Below are positions 41,760-50,806 of a stretch of 58,294 nt of DNA, in pieces. The DNA comes from an uncultured Sphingomonas sp. Lineage in GTDB: Bacteria > Pseudomonadota > Alphaproteobacteria > Sphingomonadales > Sphingomonadaceae. The DNA lies in assembly GCA_965365395.1 (NCBI GenBank), contig CBDUBN010000001.1, positions 1-58,294 on the forward strand, given 5' to 3'. A program made the translations under genes and the position numbers. Every line of letters starts with the position of its first letter. Position 1 is the stretch's first letter. Below the pieces are notes generated by a model. The model saw only the letters and a program-made list of their open reading frames with translations. It ran no database searches and was not told the DNA's origin.

Positions 41760-43139
41760 ATGGCGATCAGCGTGTTCCAGCTGTTCAAGATCGGCGTCGG
41801 CCCGTCGTCGTCGCATACGGTCGGGCCGATGCTGGCAGCGCGGCGTTTCGTGCAGCGGCTGGCGGAACAGGGCAGGCTTGCATCGGTCGCGGCGATCACG
41901 GTCGAGTTGTTCGGTTCGCTCGCGCTGACCGGCCGCGGCCATGCCAGCGACAGCGCCGTCGTAGCCGGGCTGGGCGGAGAATGGCCGCATGCGACCCGAG
42001 CCGCCACCATCGCTGCGATCTGGACGCGCGCGGTCGAGCAGCACAGGCTGCAGCTGCCCGGGGGCCCGGACATAGCCTTCGACCCTGCAGCGGACCTACG
42101 TTTCCGTATGCGCGAGCGGCGGCCCTATCACAGCAACGCCATCGCATTCGCCGCATTCGACGCGTTGGGCGCGTCGATCGACGCGCGCAGCTATTATTCC
42201 ATCGGCGGCGGCTTCGTGGTCGACGAAGAGGAGGCGGGGCGCAATTCCGGCGGCGCGGAAGACGAGATCGCGCTTCCCTTCGGTTTCACCAGCGGCGCGG
42301 AGATGCTGGCGATGGGCGCGGCATCGGGCCTCAGCATCGCCGAGATGATGCTGTCGAACGAGCGGGCGCGGGCGGACGATGCCGCCATCGAGGCGGGGCT
42401 GGATGCCATCGCCGCGGCCATGTCCGACTGTATCGACGCCGGCATCGCCGCGGAGGGCGTCCTGCCCGGCGGGCTGAACGTCAAGCGCCGCGCGCCAGGC
42501 ATCGCGGCGGACATCCGCGATCGCCACGACCAGCTGATCGCCGATCCGCTGGTGGTGCTCGACTGGGTCAACCTGTGGGCCATGGCGGTCAACGAGGAGA
42601 ACGCGGCGGGCGGGCGCGTGGTCACCGCACCGACCAACGGCGCGGCGGGCATCATCCCGGCGGTGATCCGCTACCTCGAACGCTGCTGTCGTGCGGCGCC
42701 CGAGGATGTGCGCACCTTCCTGCTGACCGCCGCCGCGATCGGCGCGCTGTACAAGCGCAATGCATCGATCTCGGGCGCGGAGGTCGGGTGCCAGGGCGAG
42801 GTCGGCGTCGCCTGCTCGATGGCTGCGGCCGGGCTGACCGCGGCATTGGGCGGCACGAACGCGCAGATCGAGAATGCCGCCGAGATCGGCATGGAGCACA
42901 ATCTGGGGCTGACCTGCGATCCGATCGGCGGATTGGTGCAAATCCCCTGTATCGAACGCAACGCGATGGGCGCGATCAAGGCGATCGACGCCAGCCGCAT
43001 CGCGATGATGGGCGACGGCACGCACGTGGTCAGCCTGGACAAGGTGATCGCGACGATGTGGCAGACCGGCCTCGACATGCGCGACAAATATAAGGAAACA
43101 TCGAAGGGCGGGCTGGCGGTGAACGTCGTCGCCTGTTGA
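41760..43139 (+). CDS. sdaA: L-serine ammonia-lyase (Fe-S, single chain)
   Basis: [56 protein letters not shown]. Confidence 0.96.
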   Translation: MAISVFQLFKIGVGPSSSHTVGPMLAARRFVQRLAEQGRLASVAAITVELFGSLALTGRGHASDSAVVAGLGGEWPHATRAATIAAIWTRAVEQHRLQLPGGPDIAFDPAADLRFRMRERRPYHSNAIAFAAFDALGASIDARSYYSIGGGFVVDEEEAGRNSGGAEDEIALPFGFTSGAEMLAMGAASGLSIAEMMLSNERARADDAAIEAGLDAIAAAMSDCIDAGIAAEGVLPGGLNVKRRAPGIAADIRDRHDQLIADPLVVLDWVNLWAMAVNEENAAGGRVVTAPTNGAAGIIPAVIRYLERCCRAAPEDVRTFLLTAAAIGALYKRNASISGAEVGCQGEVGVACSMAAAGLTAALGGTNAQIENAAEIGMEHNLGLTCDPIGGLVQIPCIERNAMGAIKAIDASRIAMMGDGTHVVSLDKVIATMWQTGLDMRDKYKETSKGGLAVNVVAC

Positions 43140-43148
43140 TCCTAGGGG

Positions 43149-44126
43149 GTGACGATGGGCCGTTGGGCGAAACGCGCGGGCTATACGGTCGGTGCGATCG
43201 CGGTCTTGCTGGTGCTGGCCTTTCTGGCCCTGCGCACGCCCGACACCGACCGCGCGGCGATGATCGCAAAATACGGCGGCGCCGGCAGTCGTTTCATCAC
43301 GCTGGCCAGTGGCGCGCGCGTGCATGTGCGCGACAGCGGCGGACCGGGAATGCCGATGATCCTGCTGCATGGATCGAACAGCAGCCTGCACACCTGGGAG
43401 CCTTTGAAGCGAGAATTCGGTGCGCGATACCGCGTCGTTACCCTCGATTTGCCGGGGCACGGGCTGACCGGCGTCACGCCGACGGCGCGCTACGACATGG
43501 CGGAGATGGTGACCGTGGTCGACGGGGTCGCAGGGGCCCTGGGGCTGGGCCGCTTCGTGCTCGGCGGGAATTCGATGGGTGGCGGCGTCGCCTGGAATTA
43601 CGCGCTGGCGCATCCGGATAAGGTGCGGGCGCTGCTGCTGCTCGACGCCGCTGGCATGCCGCCGCGCGCAGGCGAGGACGCGCCGCCCAGCAATATCGGA
43701 TTTCGCATCATGCGCAGCGGTGCAGGGCGCTGGCTGAGCGAACGCATGACGCCGCGCTTCCTGATCGAGCGCAGCCTTGCCCAATCCGTGGCAGATCCGG
43801 CGATGATCGATGCGGCGATGGTCGACCGCTATTGGGAACTGCTGCGCTTTCCCGGCAATCGCGCGGCGACGGCGCAGCGCTTCGCGCGGCCGCGCGGCGA
43901 CGCCGCTGCTGCGGAGCAGGCGCGCCGGATCGGGGCGCCGACGCTCATCCTGTTCGGGCAGCAGGATCGCATCATCGCTCCGTCAGCGGCGCTCAGCTTT
44001 GCCGAGCGTATCCGCAACAGTGAAACCGTGCTGCTCGACGGCGTTGGGCACCTGCCGATGGAGGAAGCGCCGCGTTCCACGGCGCGCGTAATCACCGACT
44101 TTCTGACGCGGCGGGCAGGCAGATAG
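43149..44126 (+). CDS. membrane-anchored alpha/beta hydrolase
   Basis: N-terminal TM, LLHGSNSSLHTW, DLPGHG, GNSMGG, GHLPMEE. Start 43149 (GTG) or 43155. Confidence 0.88.
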   Translation: MTMGRWAKRAGYTVGAIAVLLVLAFLALRTPDTDRAAMIAKYGGAGSRFITLASGARVHVRDSGGPGMPMILLHGSNSSLHTWEPLKREFGARYRVVTLDLPGHGLTGVTPTARYDMAEMVTVVDGVAGALGLGRFVLGGNSMGGGVAWNYALAHPDKVRALLLLDAAGMPPRAGEDAPPSNIGFRIMRSGAGRWLSERMTPRFLIERSLAQSVADPAMIDAAMVDRYWELLRFPGNRAATAQRFARPRGDAAAAEQARRIGAPTLILFGQQDRIIAPSAALSFAERIRNSETVLLDGVGHLPMEEAPRSTARVITDFLTRRAGR

Positions 44127-44142
44127 GCCGGTAGACCGGTCG

Positions 44143-45051
44143 TCAGGCCGCCTGCTTCATCGCCTGGCGCGGCCGTTCGAGAAAGCCGGTGATGAGCGCA
44201 CGGGTCTGCTCGGCATGGCTGACCAAGAACAGATGCCCGCCGCCGTCGATTATCTCGAGCTGCGCGCCCGGGATCAGCGCGCGCAGGATGCGCCCGTTGG
44301 TGGTCGGCACGATATTGTCGTCACGGCCCATCAGGATTAGCGTTTCCGCCTTCATCAGGAACGGCAGAAACGGGGCGCTGGTCCAGCCGAGGAAGGCCAG
44401 CAGCTGGTAGAAGTAGCCCGCTCCACTTGGCGGCTTGACTCGAGCGACGTGGCCGCGCGCGCCGCTGAGATCGCCGCCATAAAGCGTGGCGAAGTTGCGA
44501 GCCATGAAATCGGGGTCGATATAGCGGCGGGGATTGGCCATCTTCGATAGGGCCGAGAGTTTGCCGGGTACCATGAACCAGCCGGCCGAAGTCGCGGCGA
44601 GGATCACGCGCCCGACCCGTCCGGGGTGCTGCATCGCGAAATGCTGCGCCATCGCGCCGCCCCAGCTGACGCCCATCACGTCCATGCGCGCGTAGCCGAG
44701 CTTCGTCATCAGCTCGGCGGCGGTCGATGCCATGCTGATCGCGGTATAGGGCATGGTCGGCGCGGGCGAGCCGCCGATGCCGGGCATGTCGAAGATGACG
44801 AAATCGCGGTTGCCCATCGCGCTGGCGAACGGCGCGACCAGTTCGATGTTCGCGCCGATGCCGTTGAAGAACAGCAGCGGCAGATTGCCCTCGTCCCTGG
44901 CCGCGCGCCACAGCGCGACGCGCAGCGTGCGTCCGCCGGCTTCGACCATCGATACATGCGCGCCGTGCAGCGGGTCGCCGTCGCGGCGCACCGCGCCCTC
45001 GTCGGCGACGAATTCGCCGGGTTCGACCGCTGCGGCGGGGGCATCACCCAT
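44143..45051 (-). CDS. phaZ: intracellular poly(3-hydroxyalkanoate) depolymerase, Pseudomonas PhaZ-like
   Basis: PLLFFNGIGANIEL, FDMPGIGGS, lipase box GVSWGG, YQL....GWTS, GHLFL; overlaps the phaC stop. Start 45051 or 45057. Confidence 0.88.
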   Translation of the reverse strand: MGDAPAAAVEPGEFVADEGAVRRDGDPLHGAHVSMVEAGGRTLRVALWRAARDEGNLPLLFFNGIGANIELVAPFASAMGNRDFVIFDMPGIGGSPAPTMPYTAISMASTAAELMTKLGYARMDVMGVSWGGAMAQHFAMQHPGRVGRVILAATSAGWFMVPGKLSALSKMANPRRYIDPDFMARNFATLYGGDLSGARGHVARVKPPSGAGYFYQLLAFLGWTSAPFLPFLMKAETLILMGRDDNIVPTTNGRILRALIPGAQLEIIDGGGHLFLVSHAEQTRALITGFLERPRQAMKQAA

Positions 45052-46729
45052 GTGCATAATCTCCTGGAGCCGGCACGATCGGCCGATACTGGTCGTTGCC
45101 GAGCGTCGTCGGCGCAGGCTTCAACGCGCCGGACCGCGCTTTGAGCCATTCCATCCAGTGCGGCCACCAGCTGCCCGCAACCTCCTGCGCGTGGCGCAGC
45201 CATTTCTCGACGTCCGCGGGCGGATGCTTGTCCGAACGATAGAATTTCGCCTTGGGATTGCCCGGCGGGTTGAGGATCGCCTGGATATGGCCCGATTGCG
45301 ACAGGACGAATTCGATATTCTTCGATCCGAATAATTGCGTCGTGCGGTAGCAGGCCTTCCACGGCGTGATGTGGTCGGTGACCCCGGCGAGCAGGAACAG
45401 GTCGTTGGTGACCTTCGACAGATCGACCCTGTGCCCAGCCAGTTCCACCTGCCCCGGATTGGCGAAGGGCTGCGTCTCGTAGAAGTCGAGATAGTCGCTG
45501 TGCAGCTTCGCCGGCAGGTTGGTCGCGTCATTGTTCCAGAACAGGATGTCGAACGCCGGGGGGTCTTCGCCATGCAGGTAATTGTTGACGACATAATTCC
45601 AGACGAGGTCGTTGGGGCGCAGCCAGGCGAAGGACCGGCTGAGGGACGAACCTTCCAATATGCCCTTCTTCGCGCTGCGCTGACGGGCGAGTTCGATGCC
45701 GTTCTTCGAAACCAGCGCGCCGACCTCGCTGTCGGTGGCCTCGGGCTGGAGCACGCACACCATCATCGTGATGGCATTCGCGCGTTCGTCATCCTGCGCG
45801 GCCATTTTCGAGACGATCGTCGCCAGCGTGATGCCGCCCGAACAAGCGCCCGATAGATTGACCTTGTCGGACCCCGTGATCGCCTGCACGACGCCAATGG
45901 CCTCGATAACCGCATCCACATAGTCGCCCAGACCCCAGTGGCCATGATCGGTGCCAGGATTGCGCCAGCTGATGACGAAGGGCTGGACGCCTGCGGCGAG
46001 TTGTAGCTGCACCACCGATTTCTGTGGGGTCAGGTCGTTGATATAGGCCTTGTTGATTTGCGGTGGCACGGTCAGCTGAGGGATGGTGTGCACCTGGTCC
46101 GTCGTGGGTCGATACTGGATCAGCTCCATCATCTCGGTGCGCCAGATCACCTGGCCGGGCGTTATCGCCAGATTCTCGCCGACCTTGAACGGGCGCTTGT
46201 CGACCTGCGAGACGATGCCGTCGTTGTGGACCATGTCGTCGTAGGCGTTCTTCAGGCCCTTCATCAGGCTGAGCCCGCCGGAGTCGAGCGCGCGCTTGAT
46301 GGCGGAGGGATTGCCGGCCAGCGTGTTCGTCGGCGACAGGGCGTCCATGATCATCGCCGTGATGAAACTGGCGCGATTACGCTCCATCTCGTCGAATTCC
46401 AGGTCGTCGATCCACGCCTGCGCGGTCTTCTGCATCGCCAGATAATATTGCACGCCGGCGCGGTAGAAGGGGTTGTGGGTCCAGGCCGGATCGGAAAAGC
46501 GCTTGTCCTTCGCGCCCGGGGCGAGGTCGGACGTGCCGGACACGATCTTGAGCACATCGTCGCCGAACCCTTGCAGATGCCTGGCAGTGGTCGTGGGCTT
46601 CATCGCGGTTTCGCGCAGGAGCGCGCTGACCGCTCCGATCATGTCCTCGCGCGCGAGACCGACCAGCGGGCTGAGCGCGGAGCCGCCCTCGGGCTCGCCT
46701 TCGAGTTCGATCCTCTCATTCGTCGCCAT
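45044..46729 (-). CDS. phaC: poly(3-hydroxyalkanoate) synthase, class II-like
   Basis: DKRF.DPAW, VPPQINK, SWRNP, catalytic GACSGG, WLRPNDLVWNY, DHITPW, SGHIQ.ILNPP, GSWW.HW. Confidence 0.92.
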   Translation of the reverse strand: MATNERIELEGEPEGGSALSPLVGLAREDMIGAVSALLRETAMKPTTTARHLQGFGDDVLKIVSGTSDLAPGAKDKRFSDPAWTHNPFYRAGVQYYLAMQKTAQAWIDDLEFDEMERNRASFITAMIMDALSPTNTLAGNPSAIKRALDSGGLSLMKGLKNAYDDMVHNDGIVSQVDKRPFKVGENLAITPGQVIWRTEMMELIQYRPTTDQVHTIPQLTVPPQINKAYINDLTPQKSVVQLQLAAGVQPFVISWRNPGTDHGHWGLGDYVDAVIEAIGVVQAITGSDKVNLSGACSGGITLATIVSKMAAQDDERANAITMMVCVLQPEATDSEVGALVSKNGIELARQRSAKKGILEGSSLSRSFAWLRPNDLVWNYVVNNYLHGEDPPAFDILFWNNDATNLPAKLHSDYLDFYETQPFANPGQVELAGHRVDLSKVTNDLFLLAGVTDHITPWKACYRTTQLFGSKNIEFVLSQSGHIQAILNPPGNPKAKFYRSDKHPPADVEKWLRHAQEVAGSWWPHWMEWLKARSGALKPAPTTLGNDQYRPIVPAPGDYAHG

Positions 46730-46791
46730 CGTCGCATCCTCTTCCCTCGCGATCGGGCGGCGGACCGTCGTGGCGGGGCTCTGCTCGTCGC

Positions 46792-47043
46792 CTAGCCGGT
46801 TGTGGCCGTGCCCGCCTCTTTGTCAATCGCCGCCGCCTCGTAGCGCAGGCAATCGAAGATCTTGCCGCCGGCAAGAAACACGGAGCCGGTGCACGCCAAG
46901 AGCAGCAGCCAACCGCCCCAGCCCGGATAGTCGTCGAGATAATGCAGCCCGCGCTCGAGCGCGCCGAGCGCAAGCGCGTAGATGATGAGCGCGGCCTCGA
47001 AGCGCGTCTTGATGGTGAACAGGCGTTTGATCTTGGGCAGCAT
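46792..47043 (-). CDS. small (83 aa) two-TM hypothetical membrane protein
   Basis: Coding-like ORF with two hydrophobic segments; immediately preceded by a perfect sigma54 promoter. Confidence 0.8.
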   Translation of the reverse strand: MLPKIKRLFTIKTRFEAALIIYALALGALERGLHYLDDYPGWGGWLLLLACTGSVFLAGGKIFDCLRYEAAAIDKEAGTATTG

Positions 47044-47055
47044 CGGCTCGAACTC

Positions 47056-47071
47056 TGCAACGCCTGTGCCA
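47056..47071 (-). promoter_or_regulatory. sigma54 (RpoN) -24/-12 promoter
   Basis: Minus strand TGGCAC-AGGCG-TTGCA is an exact match to TGGCAC-N5-TTGCW; predicted TSS near 47045. Confidence 0.8.
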
Positions 47072-47106
47072 TGCGCGCGGGGGCGTGCACCGGGCGGGCG
47101 TTGCGA

Positions 47107-47131
47107 GGGTAAAGTGTCAGTTAACCCGACG
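47107..47131. promoter_or_regulatory. enhancer-like dyad (TGT-N11-ACG) overlapping a CtrA-like TTAA-N7-TTTA site
   Basis: TGTCAGTTAACCCGACG at 47115-47131, about 45-60 bp upstream of the -24 box; minus strand TTAA-CTGACAC-TTTAC at 47124-47109. Confidence 0.45.
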
Positions 47132-47144
47132 CTTAGCCAGCGGA

Positions 47145-48395
47145 TTAACCAAGTTCACGCAGATCGAGCGTGGCGAGCAGGGCCGAGCGTGCGGCGCGGA
47201 TCGCATCGGCAAGGTCGGGGTCGGCCAGATCGCGGGGTGCGATGCGCTCGGGCCAGTGGCGCGCCACGACCTGTGACACCCGATCGAGCCGACCGTGGTC
47301 GCACAGGAAGCGCGGGTCCACCCGGGACGGATCGGCGACGACGCGCAGGCGCAGGCAGGCGGGGCCGCCGCCGTTTGCCATCGACTGGCGCACGTCCACC
47401 GGAAGCACGCGGCGGATGGGGCCGTTGCCGGCGACATGGGCATCCAGCCACCGTGCGACGCTGGGCGTCTCCATCGCCTCGGTCGGTACGACCAGCGCCT
47501 GTTCCCCGCCGGGCAGGGAGACGAGCTGGGCGTTGAACAGGTAGCTCGATATGGCCTGTGCCAGTGACACCGTCGCCGCGGGCACCTCGACGATTTCCGC
47601 CCAGGGCGCAGCGGCGCGAATGGCGGCATAGGCGGCGGCGGGGTCGGCGAAGGCGCTTTCATGCACGAACAATGTGCGTTCGTTGGCGACCGCGACGACA
47701 TCGTTGTGGAACGCGCCGCCGGCGATGGCGTCCGGGTTCTGTTCGACAAACAGGGTGCGTTCGGGATCGAGCCCGTGTCGCCGGGCGACCGCCCGGGAAG
47801 CCTCGAGATGCTGGCGCGCGGGAAACGCGCCGCCCCCGGTGCCGTAAACGAAGATCTCGATGCCAGGCGCGCCATGCGATGGAGCCAGCCGCATGTGATT
47901 GGCCGCGCCTTCATCGCCGAACGGCGGCGGCACCGGCGGGTGTACGGCAAAGGCGCTGCTGTCGGCGAAGGCCAACCGCAGCTGGGCCAGGGTGCCTGGC
48001 CATTCGTGACTGCGGTGCGGCATGGTCAGGAGATTGGCGACGGTCAGGTGACAGCGCCCGTCGCCGGTGTCGCTGGCGGGGCTGACGGTCGCCGCGTTGG
48101 CCGCCCACATCGAGGAGGCGGAAAAGGCGGCGGCGCGCAGGTGCGGCTCCGCATCCGCCGCGTTCGTGCCGAGGGTCTGCAGCCAATCGTCGTTCGGACG
48201 GCCGAGCGGCATGAACCAGCCCTGCGCCAGGCCGGCGTCGAGGTTGTGCCGCATCTTGGCCAGGCCCTGCAACGCTGCCTCGCGCGGAAAGGAGACTTGC
48301 CCTGCGTTGCCGGTAGCGGCGAGATTGCCATGGCTGAGACCGGCATAATTGTGGCTGGGTCCGACGATGCCGTCGAAGTTGATTTCGGTGTGCAT
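47145..48395 (-). CDS. astB: N-succinylarginine dihydrolase
   Basis: EINFDGIVGPSHNYAGLS.GN, SASSMWAANAATVSP, GDEGAANH, FHNDV, SYLFNAQL, SMANGGGPACLRLRVV. Confidence 0.96.
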   Translation of the reverse strand: MHTEINFDGIVGPSHNYAGLSHGNLAATGNAGQVSFPREAALQGLAKMRHNLDAGLAQGWFMPLGRPNDDWLQTLGTNAADAEPHLRAAAFSASSMWAANAATVSPASDTGDGRCHLTVANLLTMPHRSHEWPGTLAQLRLAFADSSAFAVHPPVPPPFGDEGAANHMRLAPSHGAPGIEIFVYGTGGGAFPARQHLEASRAVARRHGLDPERTLFVEQNPDAIAGGAFHNDVVAVANERTLFVHESAFADPAAAYAAIRAAAPWAEIVEVPAATVSLAQAISSYLFNAQLVSLPGGEQALVVPTEAMETPSVARWLDAHVAGNGPIRRVLPVDVRQSMANGGGPACLRLRVVADPSRVDPRFLCDHGRLDRVSQVVARHWPERIAPRDLADPDLADAIRAARSALLATLDLRELG

Positions 48396-49405
48396 CAGCT
48401 GGCGATCCATTCGACCGTGTCCCCTACTCCGATGCCGAGCGCGGCGGCGGCGGTGGCGTCGATGGCGATCCCGCCGTCGCACGGGGCGATATGTGCGAAG
48501 GCGCTGCGGAATTCCGCCAGCTGGCCAGTGGCCGCCAGCGCCCGGCTTCCCCCATCGGCGATCTCCACCACGGTATCCCGGCGGGCATCGCGAACAGTGC
48601 GTACCTGGTCGGTCCGCGCCGTCATGGTCGGGCCGCCGTCGAAGATGTCGACATAATTCTCATAGGCGAAGCCCTCTTGTTCGAGCATGCGCATCGCCGC
48701 GCGGCCGCTGGGGTGAGGCACGCCGATGACCGCGCGGGCGTGGTCGGACAGCATGGCGACGTAGACCGGGTGCTTGGGCATCAGATCGGCGATGAACTGG
48801 TTGCCGTGCAGCGCATTGAATTCGTCCGCCTCCTGAAAGCTCATGCCGAAGAATTTGCCTGCGACGCCGTCCCAGAAGGGCGAGCCGCCGGCGTCGTCGA
48901 TCACCCCGCGCAGTTCGGCGAGAATACGGTCGGCGAACAGCGCGCGATGCGCGGCGATGAACAGATAGCGCGAGCGCGCGAGCAGCAGCCCTAGTCCACC
49001 GGCGCGTTCGAGCGGATGCAGGAACAGCCCGCCGACCTCGGACGCGCCCTCGAGGTCGGAAACCAGGTTGAGGATCTCGGCGCGAAAGGTGCGATTGAGC
49101 TCCTCGCTGCGTTTCGACATCGTGCCGATACGGTAGGAGTAGAAGGGCCAGCGCGTACCGACGCGGGTGAAGATCTGGCATGTGCCGCGGATGTCGCCTG
49201 TCTCGACATTCTCCAGCATCAGCACGAACAGCCGATCCTCCTCGGCGTCGTCGTTGCCCGCGAACGCCTGCTGCGCGCGTTCCAGCTTGGCGGCCAGCGC
49301 GGCGCGATCGGGCGGCAGGTTGGTGAAGCCGCCGCCGGTCAGTTTCGCCATCTCGTACATGGGCTGCAGATCGGCACACGTCGCGCTGCGGATTCGGAAT
49401 GTCAT
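48395..49405 (-). CDS. astA: arginine N-succinyltransferase
   Basis: GFTNLP, PFYSYR, SEVGGLFL, LLARSRYLF, AELRG, SPFWD, YVDIFDGGP. Confidence 0.95.
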   Translation of the reverse strand: MTFRIRSATCADLQPMYEMAKLTGGGFTNLPPDRAALAAKLERAQQAFAGNDDAEEDRLFVLMLENVETGDIRGTCQIFTRVGTRWPFYSYRIGTMSKRSEELNRTFRAEILNLVSDLEGASEVGGLFLHPLERAGGLGLLLARSRYLFIAAHRALFADRILAELRGVIDDAGGSPFWDGVAGKFFGMSFQEADEFNALHGNQFIADLMPKHPVYVAMLSDHARAVIGVPHPSGRAAMRMLEQEGFAYENYVDIFDGGPTMTARTDQVRTVRDARRDTVVEIADGGSRALAATGQLAEFRSAFAHIAPCDGGIAIDATAAAALGIGVGDTVEWIAS

Positions 49406-49435
49406 TGTGCCCCCGGAAATTGCCAGATCAGCGGC

Positions 49436-50647
49436 TTATACGCCGCCTTTTTCTATGATTCGCAGGATCGACAGCGCCGACAGCGCCGCGCGCTCGGCCA
49501 GGCTATTGACGATCAGATATTCGTCGCCGCTGTGGATCGCCCCGCCGCGTACGCCCATCGTGTCGACGACGGGCACCCCGCAGGCGTGGATATTGTTGCC
49601 GTCGCACACGCCGCCCGAGGCGCGATGCGCGATGGCGAGGCCAAGGTCGGCGCCGGCACCCTCGACCAGGGCAAACAGTCGCGCCGACGCGGGATCGACC
49701 GGCTTGGGCGGGCGCGCAAAGCCACCGTGAACCGCTATAGTGACGTCATGCTGTCGCTCGATCCGGCGGCGCATATCCTCCAGCATCGCGGCCGCTTCGC
49801 GCTCGATAGCGGGCGTCATCGGGCGCAGGTTGACGCGCAATATGGCGAGGTCGGGCACGACGTTGTTGCCGCTGCCACCGTCGATCCTTGCAGGATTGAT
49901 CGACAGTCCATCGCGCACCGCGGCCTTCAGGCGCAGCGCGAGGTCCGCCGCGGCGACGATCGCGTTGCGGCCATCCTGAGGATTGCGGCCGGCGTGCGCA
50001 GAGCGGCCGCGCACGGTGAAGCTGAAATTGCCGCTGCCCGGTCGTGCGCCCGCGAGCGTGCCGTCCGGCAGCGCGGTGGGCTCATAGGTGAGCGCCGCGA
50101 CCTTGCCCCGTGCCAGTTCGGCGATGAGCGGCGCCGACGACAGCGAGCCCACTTCCTCGTCGCTGTTGATGACGACGTCGTAGCCGAAGCGCGCGGCCCC
50201 GCCGCTCGCCTCGATCGCCAGCAGCGCCTCGAGCATGACCGCGAGTCCGCCCTTCATATCGGCGACGCCCGGCCCGTTGAGCGTCCCGTCGTCGAGCCAG
50301 CGCAGGGCCTGAAACGGGTGATCGATCGGGAAAACCGTATCCATATGACCTGTGAACAGCATGCGGATGGCGGCGTCGGGGCGCACGCGCACGACGAGAT
50401 GACGGCCATGCTCAATGCCCTCGATCGACCCGTCCGCGCGAACCGCATCGACGGGCGCGGGATCGACGAGTTCGACGGTGCCGGGCAGGGCCGAGAAGGC
50501 ATCCGCCAGCAGCGCGGCAATTTCCGCCAGGCCTTCGAGATTGCGCGAGCCGCTGTTGACCGTTGCCCAGCGTTCCACCCGCGCGAGCATCGCCGCCTGG
50601 TCCGGCGCGGCGACGGCACGCTGTTCGACGGGGGTGAGTTCGGCCAT
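49436..50647 (-). CDS. M20 family metallo-hydrolase (desuccinylase/deacylase-like)
   Basis: GHMDTVF, GVADMKGG, SDEEVGS, GRSAHAG, NNVVPD, GGAIHS.DE; first gene of the ast operon. Confidence 0.88.
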   Translation of the reverse strand: MAELTPVEQRAVAAPDQAAMLARVERWATVNSGSRNLEGLAEIAALLADAFSALPGTVELVDPAPVDAVRADGSIEGIEHGRHLVVRVRPDAAIRMLFTGHMDTVFPIDHPFQALRWLDDGTLNGPGVADMKGGLAVMLEALLAIEASGGAARFGYDVVINSDEEVGSLSSAPLIAELARGKVAALTYEPTALPDGTLAGARPGSGNFSFTVRGRSAHAGRNPQDGRNAIVAAADLALRLKAAVRDGLSINPARIDGGSGNNVVPDLAILRVNLRPMTPAIEREAAAMLEDMRRRIERQHDVTIAVHGGFARPPKPVDPASARLFALVEGAGADLGLAIAHRASGGVCDGNNIHACGVPVVDTMGVRGGAIHSGDEYLIVNSLAERAALSALSILRIIEKGGV

Positions 50648-50700
50648 GCCGCGCTCTAGCGTCTGACGCGGGAGACCTCCACCCCCGCTCATGGCGCTGC

Positions 50701-50729
50701 TTGTCAGGCCCGGCCTCGCTTGCCATAGC
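50701..50729 (+). promoter_or_regulatory. candidate sigma70 promoter of glcB
   Basis: TTGTCA-N17-CATAGC. Confidence 0.35.
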
Positions 50730-50806
50730 GCGCGGGCTTCCTCCCCAGTCGCACCCCGCCCGGCCTGCGTTTGCGTGGGGCGCGGGCACCACGAGGAGGC
50801 CATGCC

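Noticed and set aside
50660-50805. Possible glycine riboswitch before glcB (GGGAGA...TCAGG)
   Set aside because: Lacks the GAAG...GCAA and CTCTCAGG core and the tandem aptamer; the region is better explained by a sigma70-like promoter.
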